From assembly GCA_964291295.2 (NCBI GenBank), contig OZ219754.1:512001-576000 (forward strand): a DNA stretch of 64,000 nt, in the 5' to 3' direction. The DNA comes from an uncultured Candidatus Binatia bacterium (GTDB lineage: Bacteria > Desulfobacterota > Binatia > UBA9968 > JAJDTQ01). Shown piece by piece: positions 40,790 to 50,596 of the stretch (the first letter of the stretch is position 1; each line of letters begins with the position of its first letter). The translations under genes were made by a program, and so were the position numbers. The notes under the pieces are model-generated. The model was not told the DNA's origin. It was given only the letters and a program-made list of their open reading frames with translations, and searched no databases.

Positions 40790-42937
40790 TCACGGGGACT
40801 CGACCCGGGCGATCCGGCACGGCAACCCGCGCGTGTCCGCCGAGCCGGTGACCGGATCCCACGGGCCGTCATAGCGCATGGCCGCGTTGATGTTCACATC
40901 CAGAGCGCCGCGGTGGGGAGCGTCGGCCTCCGGGTACCACCAGCCCATGCCGGTGCGCACCACGTCGGGCAGCGTGGCCTCGGTGACACGGACCTTCAGG
41001 CGGCAGCGGCCCGGGCCGCCGGCGGTCTCCACCCAGACCCAGTCGTCCTCGACCAAACCATGACGCGCCGCCGTATCCGGGTGCAGCTGGAGCCACGGGT
41101 CGGGCGAGACCTTGCGCGCCCAGCCCTGGTCGCGGAAGCGCGAGTGGTGGTAGGTACGCTCCCGCACCCCGGTGAGGAGCGTCAACGGGTAGGCGTCGCG
41201 CACCGCGGGCGTGGTGCGCTCCCGCCGGGTCGGCGTGTAGTCCGGCAGTGGATCCAGACCCAACTCGGCAAGGCGCTCGGAATAGAGTTCCACCCGGCCG
41301 GTGCGGGTGCGGAAGCCGGCCTTCTCGAAGTCCCCGTACCTGAACGGGAAGGTCGCGTAGCCCTTCTCCCGCATCTGCTCCACGGTGACGCCGCAGTCGC
41401 CCAGCAGGAAATCGTTGAACTCGCGCTTGGTCTCCCAGGGAATGAAACGGCGCGCCTCCGTGATCCCCCGGGCTTCCATGCGCCGGGCCAGGTCGCGCGC
41501 AATGCGGAAGTCGCCGCGCGCCTCGCCCCGGGGTTCCACCACCGGCTGGACCAGGCTCAGACACGGCCCGGAGCCTTCCAGCGACACCTCTTCGTCCTCC
41601 AGGCCCGTGGTCTTGGGCAACACGAGGTCCGCGCATTCCGCGGTGGGATTCATCATGTGGGTCGCCACCGCGAGAAAGTCCAGGGACTCGAGCGCCGCCA
41701 GGGTCTTCGGCGTGTCGGGATAGGTCACCACGATGTTCACGCCGCTGGCGTACAGGGCGCGCACCGGATAGGGCTTCCCCGTCAGCATCGCCTCGATGAC
41801 CGAGGGATTGTGGCACGCCGTCTGCCAGCCCTCGGGTCCGGCCCAGAGCGGGAACCGGTGGGCCCCGAGGGTCCGTCTCTCCACCTCCGGCGGCAGCCGA
41901 AACTCCGGCTTGTGAAGCACTTCGATGTAGTTGGTGAACCCCGCCGGCTTCTTGACGCGCCGGTTGCCGCCCTCACGGTCCAGATTGCCGCTGATGGCCA
42001 CCAGGCAATGGAAGGCGCGAAAGGTCTGCACCCCGGCGCTGAATGCGTCGATGCCGTGTCCACTGACGAAACAGGAGGGGCCATCGGCATAGAACGCCGC
42101 GGCCCGCTCGATGGCCGCCCGCGGCACTCCGGTGAGCTCCGCCGCGCGCGCCGCCGGGTATTGCGCCGCCCGCTCGGCCAGCGCATCGAAACCGTGGCAC
42201 CAGCGCTCCACGAACGCACGGTCGTAACGCCCGTGCTCCACCAGCCAGTGGATCATTGCCAGCCCGATGGCGGCATCCGTGCCCGGGCGGGGCCGCAGCC
42301 ACAGGTCTGCCATGGTCGCCGCCGGCGTCTCTCCCGGATCGATGACCACGATGCACGCACCCCTGGCCCGGGCCCGCTTCAGCGCCTGCCATTGCGGCGG
42401 GTCCGCCGCATGGGGATTGCGCCCCACCACCAGTGCGCACCGGGTGTGGTCGATATCCTCGCCCTTGCCGATGGCCAGACCGGTGATCCGGTCGCTGAGG
42501 GCCCGGCACCCCCCGCACAGATCCTGATTCATCATCCAGTTGGGCGAGCCGAAAGCGCGCAAGAGCAGCGCCAGCATCACCCCCCGGCTGAAATGGGCGT
42601 TGCTCACCGCACCGCACAACGCCGCGGGACCGTACCGTGCGCGCACCGCCAGCATCGCCTCCGCCATCTGGTTCAGCGCGTCGTCCCACGACACCCGCTC
42701 CCACTGCCCTCCGCCCCGCGGCCCCTTGCGCCTCATGGGATGGAGCAGCCGGTCCGGATGGCCGGTCAGCTCCGGCAACCCCCGGATCCCCTTCACGCAG
42801 AACGCCCCCAGCGACGCCGGATGCTCCGGGTACGGCGACACCCGGGTCACCCGCCCGTCCTCGACGGCGACCCGCGACCCGCAGTGGGCGCTGCATTCCC
42901 AGCAGGTGCTCGGGATGATGGTTCTGCCGCGGTTCAT
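40790..42937 (-). CDS. Cytoplasmic DMSO-reductase-family Mo/W-bisPGD oxidoreductase (acetylene-hydratase-like group)
   Basis: CWECSAHC...FCVKG, DRLLHPMRR, PGTDAA, ADLVLP, HHSRFR; no Tat leader. Confidence 0.9.
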   Translation of the reverse strand: MNRGRTIIPSTCWECSAHCGSRVAVEDGRVTRVSPYPEHPASLGAFCVKGIRGLPELTGHPDRLLHPMRRKGPRGGGQWERVSWDDALNQMAEAMLAVRARYGPAALCGAVSNAHFSRGVMLALLLRAFGSPNWMMNQDLCGGCRALSDRITGLAIGKGEDIDHTRCALVVGRNPHAADPPQWQALKRARARGACIVVIDPGETPAATMADLWLRPRPGTDAAIGLAMIHWLVEHGRYDRAFVERWCHGFDALAERAAQYPAARAAELTGVPRAAIERAAAFYADGPSCFVSGHGIDAFSAGVQTFRAFHCLVAISGNLDREGGNRRVKKPAGFTNYIEVLHKPEFRLPPEVERRTLGAHRFPLWAGPEGWQTACHNPSVIEAMLTGKPYPVRALYASGVNIVVTYPDTPKTLAALESLDFLAVATHMMNPTAECADLVLPKTTGLEDEEVSLEGSGPCLSLVQPVVEPRGEARGDFRIARDLARRMEARGITEARRFIPWETKREFNDFLLGDCGVTVEQMREKGYATFPFRYGDFEKAGFRTRTGRVELYSERLAELGLDPLPDYTPTRRERTTPAVRDAYPLTLLTGVRERTYHHSRFRDQGWARKVSPDPWLQLHPDTAARHGLVEDDWVWVETAGGPGRCRLKVRVTEATLPDVVRTGMGWWYPEADAPHRGALDVNINAAMRYDGPWDPVTGSADTRGLPCRIARVESP

Positions 42938-42990
42938 GACATGAGATAGCCGACCCGGGCGCCGGCGCGCGCCGGCACGGCAACCGCCGA

Positions 42991-43020
42991 ATGGTATCCA
43001 GGGGGCTGACCCGGTGTCAA
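42991..43020 (-). promoter_or_regulatory. Putative sigma70 promoter of the Mo enzyme/TauD operon
   Basis: TTGACA-N18-TACCAT. Confidence 0.5.
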
Positions 43021-43412
43021 GAAGCAGTCTTGTCCAATGCAAAGTGGGCCTGAAAACATGAAGCGATTCCAACGCAGAGTGAGCCTGAAGCCGTGGCGCC
43101 GGGGATCATCAGGAGATGAGCGTGACACTTCGAACGGAACCTCAAAGGACCAGAAGCCTGTGCTGCAGAAAATTTTCGTGGGACAGAGATCCACCAGAGG
43201 CCCACTTGGCACCCAATTCATGTCCAATAATGGGACAAGACTACACGGTTCTGACATTTTGGACGAAAATCCGGACATGCTTCCCACCAGTCACCTGCCG
43301 AAGCATCCTGCGACACAGGCTCCCAAGCGGGAGATAGCGCGAACTTGCGTCCAAATGGTACCTGTTTGGCACCCGGAATGAGCCGGCGCAGGGCGAAGCG
43401 AGGAGCCCTCAA

Positions 43413-43572
43413 ATGCCGAAACTCACCAAACGTGTTGTCGATGCCTTGAAGCCGGAAGCGTCCGGAATCGTCCATTGGGACGACGCCATCCAGGGCTTCG
43501 GCGTTCAAGTGTGGCCTACCGGTCGAAAGTCCTGCATCGTCAAATGCCGCTGCCGTGGTCGCCAGATCAAGA
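43413..43572 (+). pseudogene. Integrase arm-binding N-terminal fragment
   Basis: MPKLTKRVVDALKP...WDDAIQGFGVQVWPTGRKS; GGAG RBS. Confidence 0.8.
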
Positions 43573-44055
43573 TTCAACGCCATGGCACCCGCTGCCGCGC
43601 AGGGATGCCGCCCGAGGACAAGGATCCGGTGGCCCGTCACGCGCCGACGTGCCAATCCGCCGCCTGCTTCGGCGCGGTGAGTTTGTGCAGCGGCAAGTTC
43701 GTCCACACTTTTTCGCCGGTGTTCAATGCGCTCACGTTCGGGACCTTCCTGAAGAGCCTGCTACGCCGCCGCCCGCGCAACAAAATGATGCTTGTGGTTC
43801 TCGACAATGCGCGCTACCACCACGCCAAACTCCTCAGACCCCTGCTGGGCACCCATCGGGCGCATCTGGAATTGTTGTTCCTGACGCCCTGCAGCCCGCA
43901 GCTCGCTCCTATCGAAAGGGTCTGGAAGCTCACCCGGCGCCGCGCCACCCGCAACCTCTGCTTTGGCAGTCTCCACGAGCTGCTCTCCGCCGTCGAAACC
44001 TGTTTCGCTCAGTGGCGAAAACCCAATGTCCCATTGCAACGACTGTGCCGCATGG
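43573..44055 (+). mobile_element. IS630-family transposase C-terminal fragment
   Basis: FGAV, VVLDNARYH, LFLTPCSPQLAPIERVW; fused in frame to the integrase stub. Confidence 0.85.
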
Positions 44056-44056
44056 C

Positions 44057-44619
44057 TCACGTCGTTGTGTATGACAACGACGTGATGTTCTCGGTTTCAG
44101 TGAGTTGGCTGAGGATGAAGCCGCGAGACTCTTTCAGATGTCGGTCAGAAATCGCGCCGATCAGGCTGACTGCCACTTTGGCCCGATCCGATGCCGTGAA
44201 GGGAACGCCTTCATCCTCGTCGGTCTTGATGACCGCCCATGTTGGCTCAAGCTCCTCGGCGACCGTGAGTCGGACACGCAACGCATCTTCCAGGCGACTG
44301 GATCATCGGCCCGGGTCGACGTCTCCGCGTTCCAAGCGCAGAGCGAATGACCGTACTTTTCAAGGTAGCGGAACGCATTGGGCAGATCACCCAAAACCAC
44401 TTCTATCGTAATCGGGCTTTCCGGCTTGCATGGGTGGAAGTCGGCGTCATCGAATGACAGGTTCCACTGCGGATGAGAAATGCGTCGCAGCGCGTCGAGG
44501 ATCGTGGACTTTGTAGAATCGCCCCGCCTTGCAAGACACATGACATTGCGGTCAGGCACTGGCCAGTCGAGTTCGCGAATACCTCGGAAATTTCTCACTG
44601 AAATATGGCGGATCCGCAT
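44057..44619 (-). pseudogene. OLD-family ATP-dependent endonuclease N-terminal fragment
   Basis: MRIRHISVRNFRGI...RRGDSTKSTILDAL...DADF; frameshift near 44300; truncated. Confidence 0.75.
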
Positions 44620-44625
44620 AATGGC

Positions 44626-45004
44626 TCACCTCCGCTTCCGCAACTTCGGCTCGGTTGCTTTGCGGGCGGCCGCTGCAGCCGGCATCAAGAAGACCTCGAG
44701 TGCGCCAATGACATCGCCAAGCGATCCTGGATCCATCGCCACATCTCGCTTGAAGGCTTCCTACTGTTTAGCCAAGCAGATCGAGATCGCGTGTGCCGCG
44801 AAACGGCTCGTCGAACCAGGTCATCAGAAGCATCGCCCCCTTGAGCACAAAGCGATCAGCGTACTGTGATTGCGCCAGCCGGTAGAGCAGCCGTTCGATG
44901 GCGTATCGCGTGAGGACCAACTCGAAATTCTGGCCCTTCTCCTTGCTGATCCGAAGGAGACGGGCTCGGACGGATGCGCCGAGGTTCTTGATCTCCTTAG
45001 CCAT
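44626..45004 (-). pseudogene. abiEii: AbiEii nucleotidyltransferase toxin with a large internal deletion
   Basis: ASVRARLL...YAIERLLYRL...FVLKGAML...RGTRDLDLLG*, then C-terminal stub KQ*EAFKRD...FLMP. Confidence 0.82.
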
Positions 45005-45614
45005 TGGCGGTCAGCGCCTCCAGATAGGGTCGCATGACGGTGGAAACGCCGCCGCGTTCGGCGTGCCGGGCGATCTCGGCAGGGGTCGCCTTGCGCTGCC
45101 GAAGCGCTTCTTGCAGCCCTTCGAGTGCGATAGAGGGACCGACGGTTCGGCGATGCCGGAAACAGTCGGCGATTGTCTTGGCCACGCCAAAAACCTTCAC
45201 CGACACCCCCTCGATCTGCACGGTGATGACATCGTCAGCGAGGAGCGTGTCGGTGAACCGCACAATCTGGATTGACGGGCTCACTTCCTGCGGCGCCCAA
45301 TCTTTCGTACCGATCGCCATCCAGACGGCGCGTGGCAGTTGATCCGTCAGCTCATGGAATGAGAGCGCCGAGATCAGGCAGACTACGCCCTTGGGAACGC
45401 GCTTGGCCGCCTCCGCCAGACTGTGGTTGGCGCCGACCGGCGCATCCGGCATTTGGTAAAGCCCCCGCGCAAGCCGAATGACATCGCCGGCCTCGACCAT
45501 GCGGCTGATGGTGGCGGCCGTTATCCCGGCCTCCCTGAGCTCGGACAGGCGCACGATCCCCTTTTTTCGCAGGAGGTTGGTCGCTTGATCGCGCTGGGTG
45601 CCCGGCTTCGGCAT
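44997..45614 (-). CDS. abiEi: Type IV TA antitoxin AbiEi (HTH transcriptional regulator)
   Basis: RLARGLY, VCLISALSFHELTDQLP, AKTIADCFRHR, RPYLEAL. Confidence 0.9.
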   Translation of the reverse strand: MPKPGTQRDQATNLLRKKGIVRLSELREAGITAATISRMVEAGDVIRLARGLYQMPDAPVGANHSLAEAAKRVPKGVVCLISALSFHELTDQLPRAVWMAIGTKDWAPQEVSPSIQIVRFTDTLLADDVITVQIEGVSVKVFGVAKTIADCFRHRRTVGPSIALEGLQEALRQRKATPAEIARHAERGGVSTVMRPYLEALTANG

Positions 45615-45663
45615 TGATACAAAACCATGTAACTGCGGATCTGAGTTCCGAGATTTTGTATCA
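45615..45663. promoter_or_regulatory. Inverted repeat operator upstream of abiEi
   Basis: TGATACAAAA-N29-TTTTGTATCA abutting the start codon. Confidence 0.7.
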
Positions 45664-45868
45664 TCCTGTCCTGGCTGGGTAAGGCAGGGGAATTACATAC
45701 TTGACTACCCAAGCCCGACATCGTCGCGGCGCCTGTTGAACTCCTGATCTGTCAGATCCCGTCCATCGAGAAGGTCTGACCTCCCAGGATTCCGGGCACA
45801 TTTCTGTACTTTGCTCTCCTTGACCAACTTGTTGAGCATTCCCCGGACCATACCGTCGTTACCGCTCT

Positions 45869-46249
45869 TCATCGCCGCTCTTCATCGCGTATCCCGACTC
45901 CGGAATATTCCAGCCCTCTTGACAATTTCGGCCGCGCCAATAAAGTGGTGGGCGAAACGCGGGTGAATGTTGCGAGGCTCCAAAACCATATTGATGAGTG
46001 AGACAGACCCCTCCAATTCGGAAAGCCCACCGGAGCCCGTGCGGTCAGACCTGCTGTTGATGACAAAATCACCAGGTCTGACACGTCGGTCTTGGCTGCC
46101 GTCTCAAGCTGAGGGACAATTCCGTTCTTCGTCACCGATAACGGTGGAAGATCTCGATCACTGACCTTTTCTTTTCGTCTGCGGAAAAACTGGCTTGGCC
46201 GTTTTGAGGCCCATTCTTTCGGTGCGTGTTCGAGCATGATTTCCGTCAT
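45869..46249 (-). pseudogene. hsdS: Type I RM specificity subunit N-terminal fragment
   Basis: PKEW...KEKVSDRDLPPLSVTKNGIVPQLETAAKTD directly downstream of an hsdM tail. Confidence 0.65.
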
Positions 46250-46262
46250 GCCGCGACCTCCT

Positions 46263-46490
46263 TCAACAGTCCGTGATCTCGGCCTCAAGCTGCTTCAGTT
46301 CCTCTTCGATCACTTCCAGCGGCCGCGGCGGGACGTATTTGTAGAAGCAATGGTTGAAGTTGATCTCGTAGCCAACGCGCCCGACCTCGCCGTCCCGCGT
46401 ATCGACCCAGGTCTCGTCAATCCAGGCGTCGGGCACGAAGGGGATGACTTCCCGCGCGACGTAGTTGCGCCAGTTCTCTCTCAGCGGAAA
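46263..46490 (-). pseudogene. hsdM: Type I RM methyltransferase C-terminal fragment
   Basis: YVAREVIPFVPDAWID...VGYEINFNHCFYKYVPPRPLEVIEEELKQLE. Confidence 0.82.
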
Positions 46491-46503
46491 CGACGGAGGC
46501 GTC

Positions 46504-47037
46504 ATGAAGTTCACCGGGCTCATTCTGCTGGCCATGCTCGCCGGCTCCGCGTACGCGGGCGATCTGGTGGAAGTCGTCCTGGTGGATCGCCTGGACGACC
46601 CGCGGGGGTTCTGCCTGGACATCCGCGGCCACAAGCAGCGGGCCAGGCCGAACCGGGGGCTTCAGGCACACAGTTGCTACAGCTACCAGGGACAGATCGG
46701 CGTCGACCAGGGGTTCGACAGCGACGCCATCAAGGCGGGGCGGTTCCACATGCCCGGCTTCGACGTGTGCATGACCGCGCCGGGCGAGGCCGGCGCCCGG
46801 CTGGGGTTGGCCCAATGTGACGGCTCCCCGGGGCAGGCGTTCTCGATGACGCCCAACGGCGCGATCGTCGCCGGGAGCGCTCCGACGCTCTGCGTGACAG
46901 TGGCGGGTGGCGAGTCGCGGCAGGGAGGCGGCGGCCAGCCGGTGCATCTCATACGGGGGCTGACGCTGGAAGAATGCGACCAGGCCCGGACCCGGTACCA
47001 ACGCTGGCGCGTGCGCGCCGCGGCCGACGGGATGTAG
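46504..47037 (+). CDS. Secreted ricin-B (beta-trefoil) lectin-like protein
   Basis: Signal peptide; GFCLDI, CMTA, LAQCDGSPGQAF, LCVTV, ECD...QRW; GGAGG RBS. Confidence 0.78.
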   Translation: MKFTGLILLAMLAGSAYAGDLVEVVLVDRLDDPRGFCLDIRGHKQRARPNRGLQAHSCYSYQGQIGVDQGFDSDAIKAGRFHMPGFDVCMTAPGEAGARLGLAQCDGSPGQAFSMTPNGAIVAGSAPTLCVTVAGGESRQGGGGQPVHLIRGLTLEECDQARTRYQRWRVRAAADGM

Positions 47038-47134
47038 CAGGAGCCGGCGGCCTCCACCGGGCTCCCGCCCGGCGTGAGGAGGCTGCGGAGCGTCCGACCC
47101 GGTCCCGGTAGCGCGGCCGGGCCGGTTCCCGCAA

Positions 47135-48211
47135 CTACTGAAGCGCGAACAGCGTCTTCGGATTCTCGGCGATGATCTTCTCGTACTGGGGCGCGGTGAT
47201 GCCGCCCGAATCCTTGAGGTTGCGCAGCGCCTCGATCTCGGTGGACTGGTCGTTGTGGCCGTAGTCGGTGCCGATGACGATGTTGTCCTCTCCCGAATAC
47301 CTGAAGATGTAGTCCACGTCGTCGTCCGTCTGGCATGACACGTACTGCCGGTATTCCTTGAGGGGATTGTCCGGGAAGTCCTTTCCCCGGGCGGCCCAGC
47401 GGCGCCTCAGATCCTTGACCACGTAAGGCACCCACAGCGCCGCGGCCTCGGCCCAATGGAAGCGGAGCCTGGGAAACAGCTGCGGCACCTCTCCCATGAT
47501 CACCGAATGAAACGCACCGATGACCGGTATGCGGAACTTCCAGAAGCTGCCGCCGCCGTTGTACTGGGAGACGAGGTCCAGCTCCCGGGGGTTGCCGTTG
47601 CCGACGTGGACGCCCACGGCCATGTCGAGTTCGCTCATCTTCTCGTACAGGGGATGGAAGTAGGGATCGGTGAGCAGCCGATGTCCCTCGATGCCGCGCA
47701 TGAAGACGCCGCAGGCGCCATTCCGCTTGCAGAACGCCAACTCCTCCAGGGCCGCGCTCATGTCGAGCAACGGCAGCACGCAGATCCACCGCAGCCGCCC
47801 CCGGCCTTGCCGGTGAATGTCGGCCAGCCAGCGGTTGTAGCCCTTGCTGATGGCCACCTCCCACTCGGGCTTTTCGGATATCTGCTCGATGAAGATGGTC
47901 GGATAGAGCACCTGGATGTCGACGCCGAGCTCATCCATGTGCTTGAGCCGCGCCTCCACGTTCTCCATCTCGCGGGTTTCCCTGGGCGTGAACATCACGC
48001 GGCCGGTACGGCCGGCGACTTCATCAAGTTCCCGGGCGGTCATGACGATGCGCACCAGCCCCCGGATCTTGCCGTCGATGAACCAGTATTCCGCTCCCCC
48101 TTCGCCGCTCGGCTTGACGACGATGGGGCGATACTTCCGGTCGGCCGGATCCATGTAGTCCCAAGTCTGTTCGGACTCGACCACATGGGCATCGGAATCG
48201 ATGGTGGGCAT
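47135..48211 (-). CDS. Amidohydrolase_2 family protein
   Basis: IDSDAHV, RLKHMDELGVDIQVLYPT, VHVG, GTDYGH. Confidence 0.9.
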   Translation of the reverse strand: MPTIDSDAHVVESEQTWDYMDPADRKYRPIVVKPSGEGGAEYWFIDGKIRGLVRIVMTARELDEVAGRTGRVMFTPRETREMENVEARLKHMDELGVDIQVLYPTIFIEQISEKPEWEVAISKGYNRWLADIHRQGRGRLRWICVLPLLDMSAALEELAFCKRNGACGVFMRGIEGHRLLTDPYFHPLYEKMSELDMAVGVHVGNGNPRELDLVSQYNGGGSFWKFRIPVIGAFHSVIMGEVPQLFPRLRFHWAEAAALWVPYVVKDLRRRWAARGKDFPDNPLKEYRQYVSCQTDDDVDYIFRYSGEDNIVIGTDYGHNDQSTEIEALRNLKDSGGITAPQYEKIIAENPKTLFALQ

Positions 48212-48423
48212 GGTCCCTACCTCCTGAGCGGAACCGAGGTCCGCGCGCGTGATGCATCCACGGCCTGACTACCACCTTTTCCACCGCGGAACCAGCGGAA
48301 ACGACGGCGTCCGGCGCCTTGACAAACCACCGTCCGGCCACTACTCACGAAACACGAAATGGCACCGCCGCCGAGCCGGGCGGCGCCATGGCCCGCGGGC
48401 CGCCTGACGGAAAGGAGTACGCC

Positions 48424-49521
48424 ATGCCGACGAAGTCCCGGGCCGCAATCCTGGTCGAATCACGCAAACCCCTGGTGGTGGACGAGGTCACGTTTCCGGA
48501 CCCGGCACCCGACCAGGTCCTGGTAAAAATCTACGCCAGCGGCATCTGCCACTCCCAACTCCACCAGATCCAGCGCGCCCCCGAGGAACAGCGCTCCCGG
48601 CTGCCGGCACTCCTGGGGCACGAATCCACCGGGGAGGTGGTGGCCCGGGGCCGCGGCGTCACCCACGTCAAGGAGGGCGACCGGGTCTTCACCACCTGGA
48701 TCGACCGCAATGCCCCGGAGTCGCCGCTGCCGCCGGTGTCCCATGCCCTCAACATGAGGCCGCCCATCCCGGCCGTCTGGCGCGGCGAATCGATCTGGGC
48801 CTCGGCGTCCACCTGGGCCGAGCATCTGGTGGCCTCCGAACGGGTGGTGCTGCCGATGGACGACGACGTGGACACCGAGGTCACGTCCATCGTCGGCTGC
48901 GCGGTCACCACCGGTGCGGGAGCCATCATCAACACGTTGCAGGTGCGGCCGGGGCAATCGGTGGCCGTCTACGGCGCGGGCGGCATCGGCATGTGCGCCA
49001 TCTCGGCCGCCGCTGTGGTGGACGCCTGGCCCCTGATCGCGGTGGACCTGGACGACGGGAAGCTGGAATTCGCCAAGGGCTTCGGCGCGACGCACGGCAT
49101 CAACGCCAGCAAGGTGGACCCCGTCGAGGCCATCACCGAACTCACCGGCGGCGGCGCGGACTACGCCCTGGATGCGGTGGGGCATCCCACCACCCAGGAA
49201 CAGATACTGCGCTCCGTACGCACCGGCGCTCCCGGGCTCGAGCGCGGCGGCACCGCCCTTCTCATCGGCCTGCCGCCCCCGGGCACAACGCCGCTGATCA
49301 ACACCCAGCTCTTCGCCGGCGGGCGCTGCTTCACCCGCACCCACGCCGGCGACTGCCTCCCGGACCGCGACTTCCCCACCTTTGTCCGCTGGTACCGCGA
49401 AGGCAAGTTGAAGCTCGACGACCTGGTGACCCGCCGTTACACCCTGGACCAGGTCAACGAGGCCGTAGCCGACCTGGAGGAAGGCCATATCCTGGGACGT
49501 GCGATCTTCACCTGTTCATGA
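48424..49521 (+). CDS. Zn-dependent alcohol dehydrogenase (MDR family)
   Basis: SGICHS, LGHESTG, GCAVTTG, GAGGIG. Confidence 0.92.
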   Translation: MPTKSRAAILVESRKPLVVDEVTFPDPAPDQVLVKIYASGICHSQLHQIQRAPEEQRSRLPALLGHESTGEVVARGRGVTHVKEGDRVFTTWIDRNAPESPLPPVSHALNMRPPIPAVWRGESIWASASTWAEHLVASERVVLPMDDDVDTEVTSIVGCAVTTGAGAIINTLQVRPGQSVAVYGAGGIGMCAISAAAVVDAWPLIAVDLDDGKLEFAKGFGATHGINASKVDPVEAITELTGGGADYALDAVGHPTTQEQILRSVRTGAPGLERGGTALLIGLPPPGTTPLINTQLFAGGRCFTRTHAGDCLPDRDFPTFVRWYREGKLKLDDLVTRRYTLDQVNEAVADLEEGHILGRAIFTCS

Positions 49522-49545
49522 CGGCGTCATGACGGAGGCCCGCGG

Positions 49546-50583
49546 ATGTACATCGATTGCGACACCCACTATTTCCCGGTGAGATTCCTGGAGGGGATCA
49601 GCGACCGGTATCCGGAATCGCCGCGGGTGGTGCGCGACGGCGACGAGGTCAAGTCGGTGCTGCCGGACGGTACCCTCATCAAGAACCAGGCACCCAAGGG
49701 GCGCTGGGATCTGGACACCCGGGTGGCACAAGCCGACTTCGAAGGCTTCGACAAGCACGTGCTCATCCCGGAAAACCGCGAACTGCTTTACACTTGGGAC
49801 CGGGACCTGGGGTGCGAACTGGCCCGCCGTTACAACGACGCGGTGGCCCGGGACCTCGCCGAATGCGCCCATCCCGAACGCTACATCGGCGTCGGCTGGG
49901 TGTTCCTGCCGGACGTGGAGGCGTCCTGCAAGGAGCTGGACCGCATGGTGAACCGGCTCGGGCTCAAGGCCGTGAAGCTCATGGGCGGATTCGAGGACGC
50001 CAACCTCGGCGCCGAGCGGCTGTGGCCGTTCTACGACAAGGTGTGCCAACTCGACGTCCCGATCCTGGTGCACGACACGGCGTCGGACCGCCAGGGCCAC
50101 CCCAACCCGGCCCTGGTGGGCATCGAGCAGCTCTTTCTGGAGGCCGACAACAACGCCCTGCCCTTCCTGCTGGCGTTCCCGTTCCGTTACATCGTCGACA
50201 TGGGAAGCCTGATCCTGCGCGGTGCGCTCAAGGAGTTCCCCGCACTCCGCATCTGCTTCGTGGAGGGCTCGGCCGCCTTCGTGCCTTGGCTCATGAACCG
50301 CCTGGACATGGACCCCGACGCCCGCAGGAAGCTCGGCAAGGCTCCCAGCGCCTTCTTCAACCAGATCTGGGTGTCGGCCTTCGCCGCCGAGACCTCCATC
50401 CGCTACGCCTGCGACTTCTGGAAGGATCATAACCTCACGGTGGGCAGCGACTACCCGCACAACGATCCGTCGGGCACCTGGAAGGAAGGCACGGTGCGGA
50501 TGGTGCGCGAACTGGAAGGAATCCCGGACCAGGACAAGGAGAAGATCCTGGGCGGCAACGCCATGCGGCTGTTCGGGATGTAG
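49546..50583 (+). CDS. Amidohydrolase_2 family protein (ACMSD-like)
   Basis: IDCDTH, LWPFY...ILVH, GSDYPH, ILGGNA. Confidence 0.9.
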   Translation: MYIDCDTHYFPVRFLEGISDRYPESPRVVRDGDEVKSVLPDGTLIKNQAPKGRWDLDTRVAQADFEGFDKHVLIPENRELLYTWDRDLGCELARRYNDAVARDLAECAHPERYIGVGWVFLPDVEASCKELDRMVNRLGLKAVKLMGGFEDANLGAERLWPFYDKVCQLDVPILVHDTASDRQGHPNPALVGIEQLFLEADNNALPFLLAFPFRYIVDMGSLILRGALKEFPALRICFVEGSAAFVPWLMNRLDMDPDARRKLGKAPSAFFNQIWVSAFAAETSIRYACDFWKDHNLTVGSDYPHNDPSGTWKEGTVRMVRELEGIPDQDKEKILGGNAMRLFGM

Positions 50584-50596
50584 CCGTTGACGAACC

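Noticed and set aside
43021-43400. Short ORFs in the low-GC island flank
   Set aside because: No recognisable motifs or RBS; left unannotated.
43413-44411. 332-aa integrase-transposase fusion as a functional gene
   Set aside because: Both parts are truncated, and the last third is the antisense of the OLD nuclease fragment.
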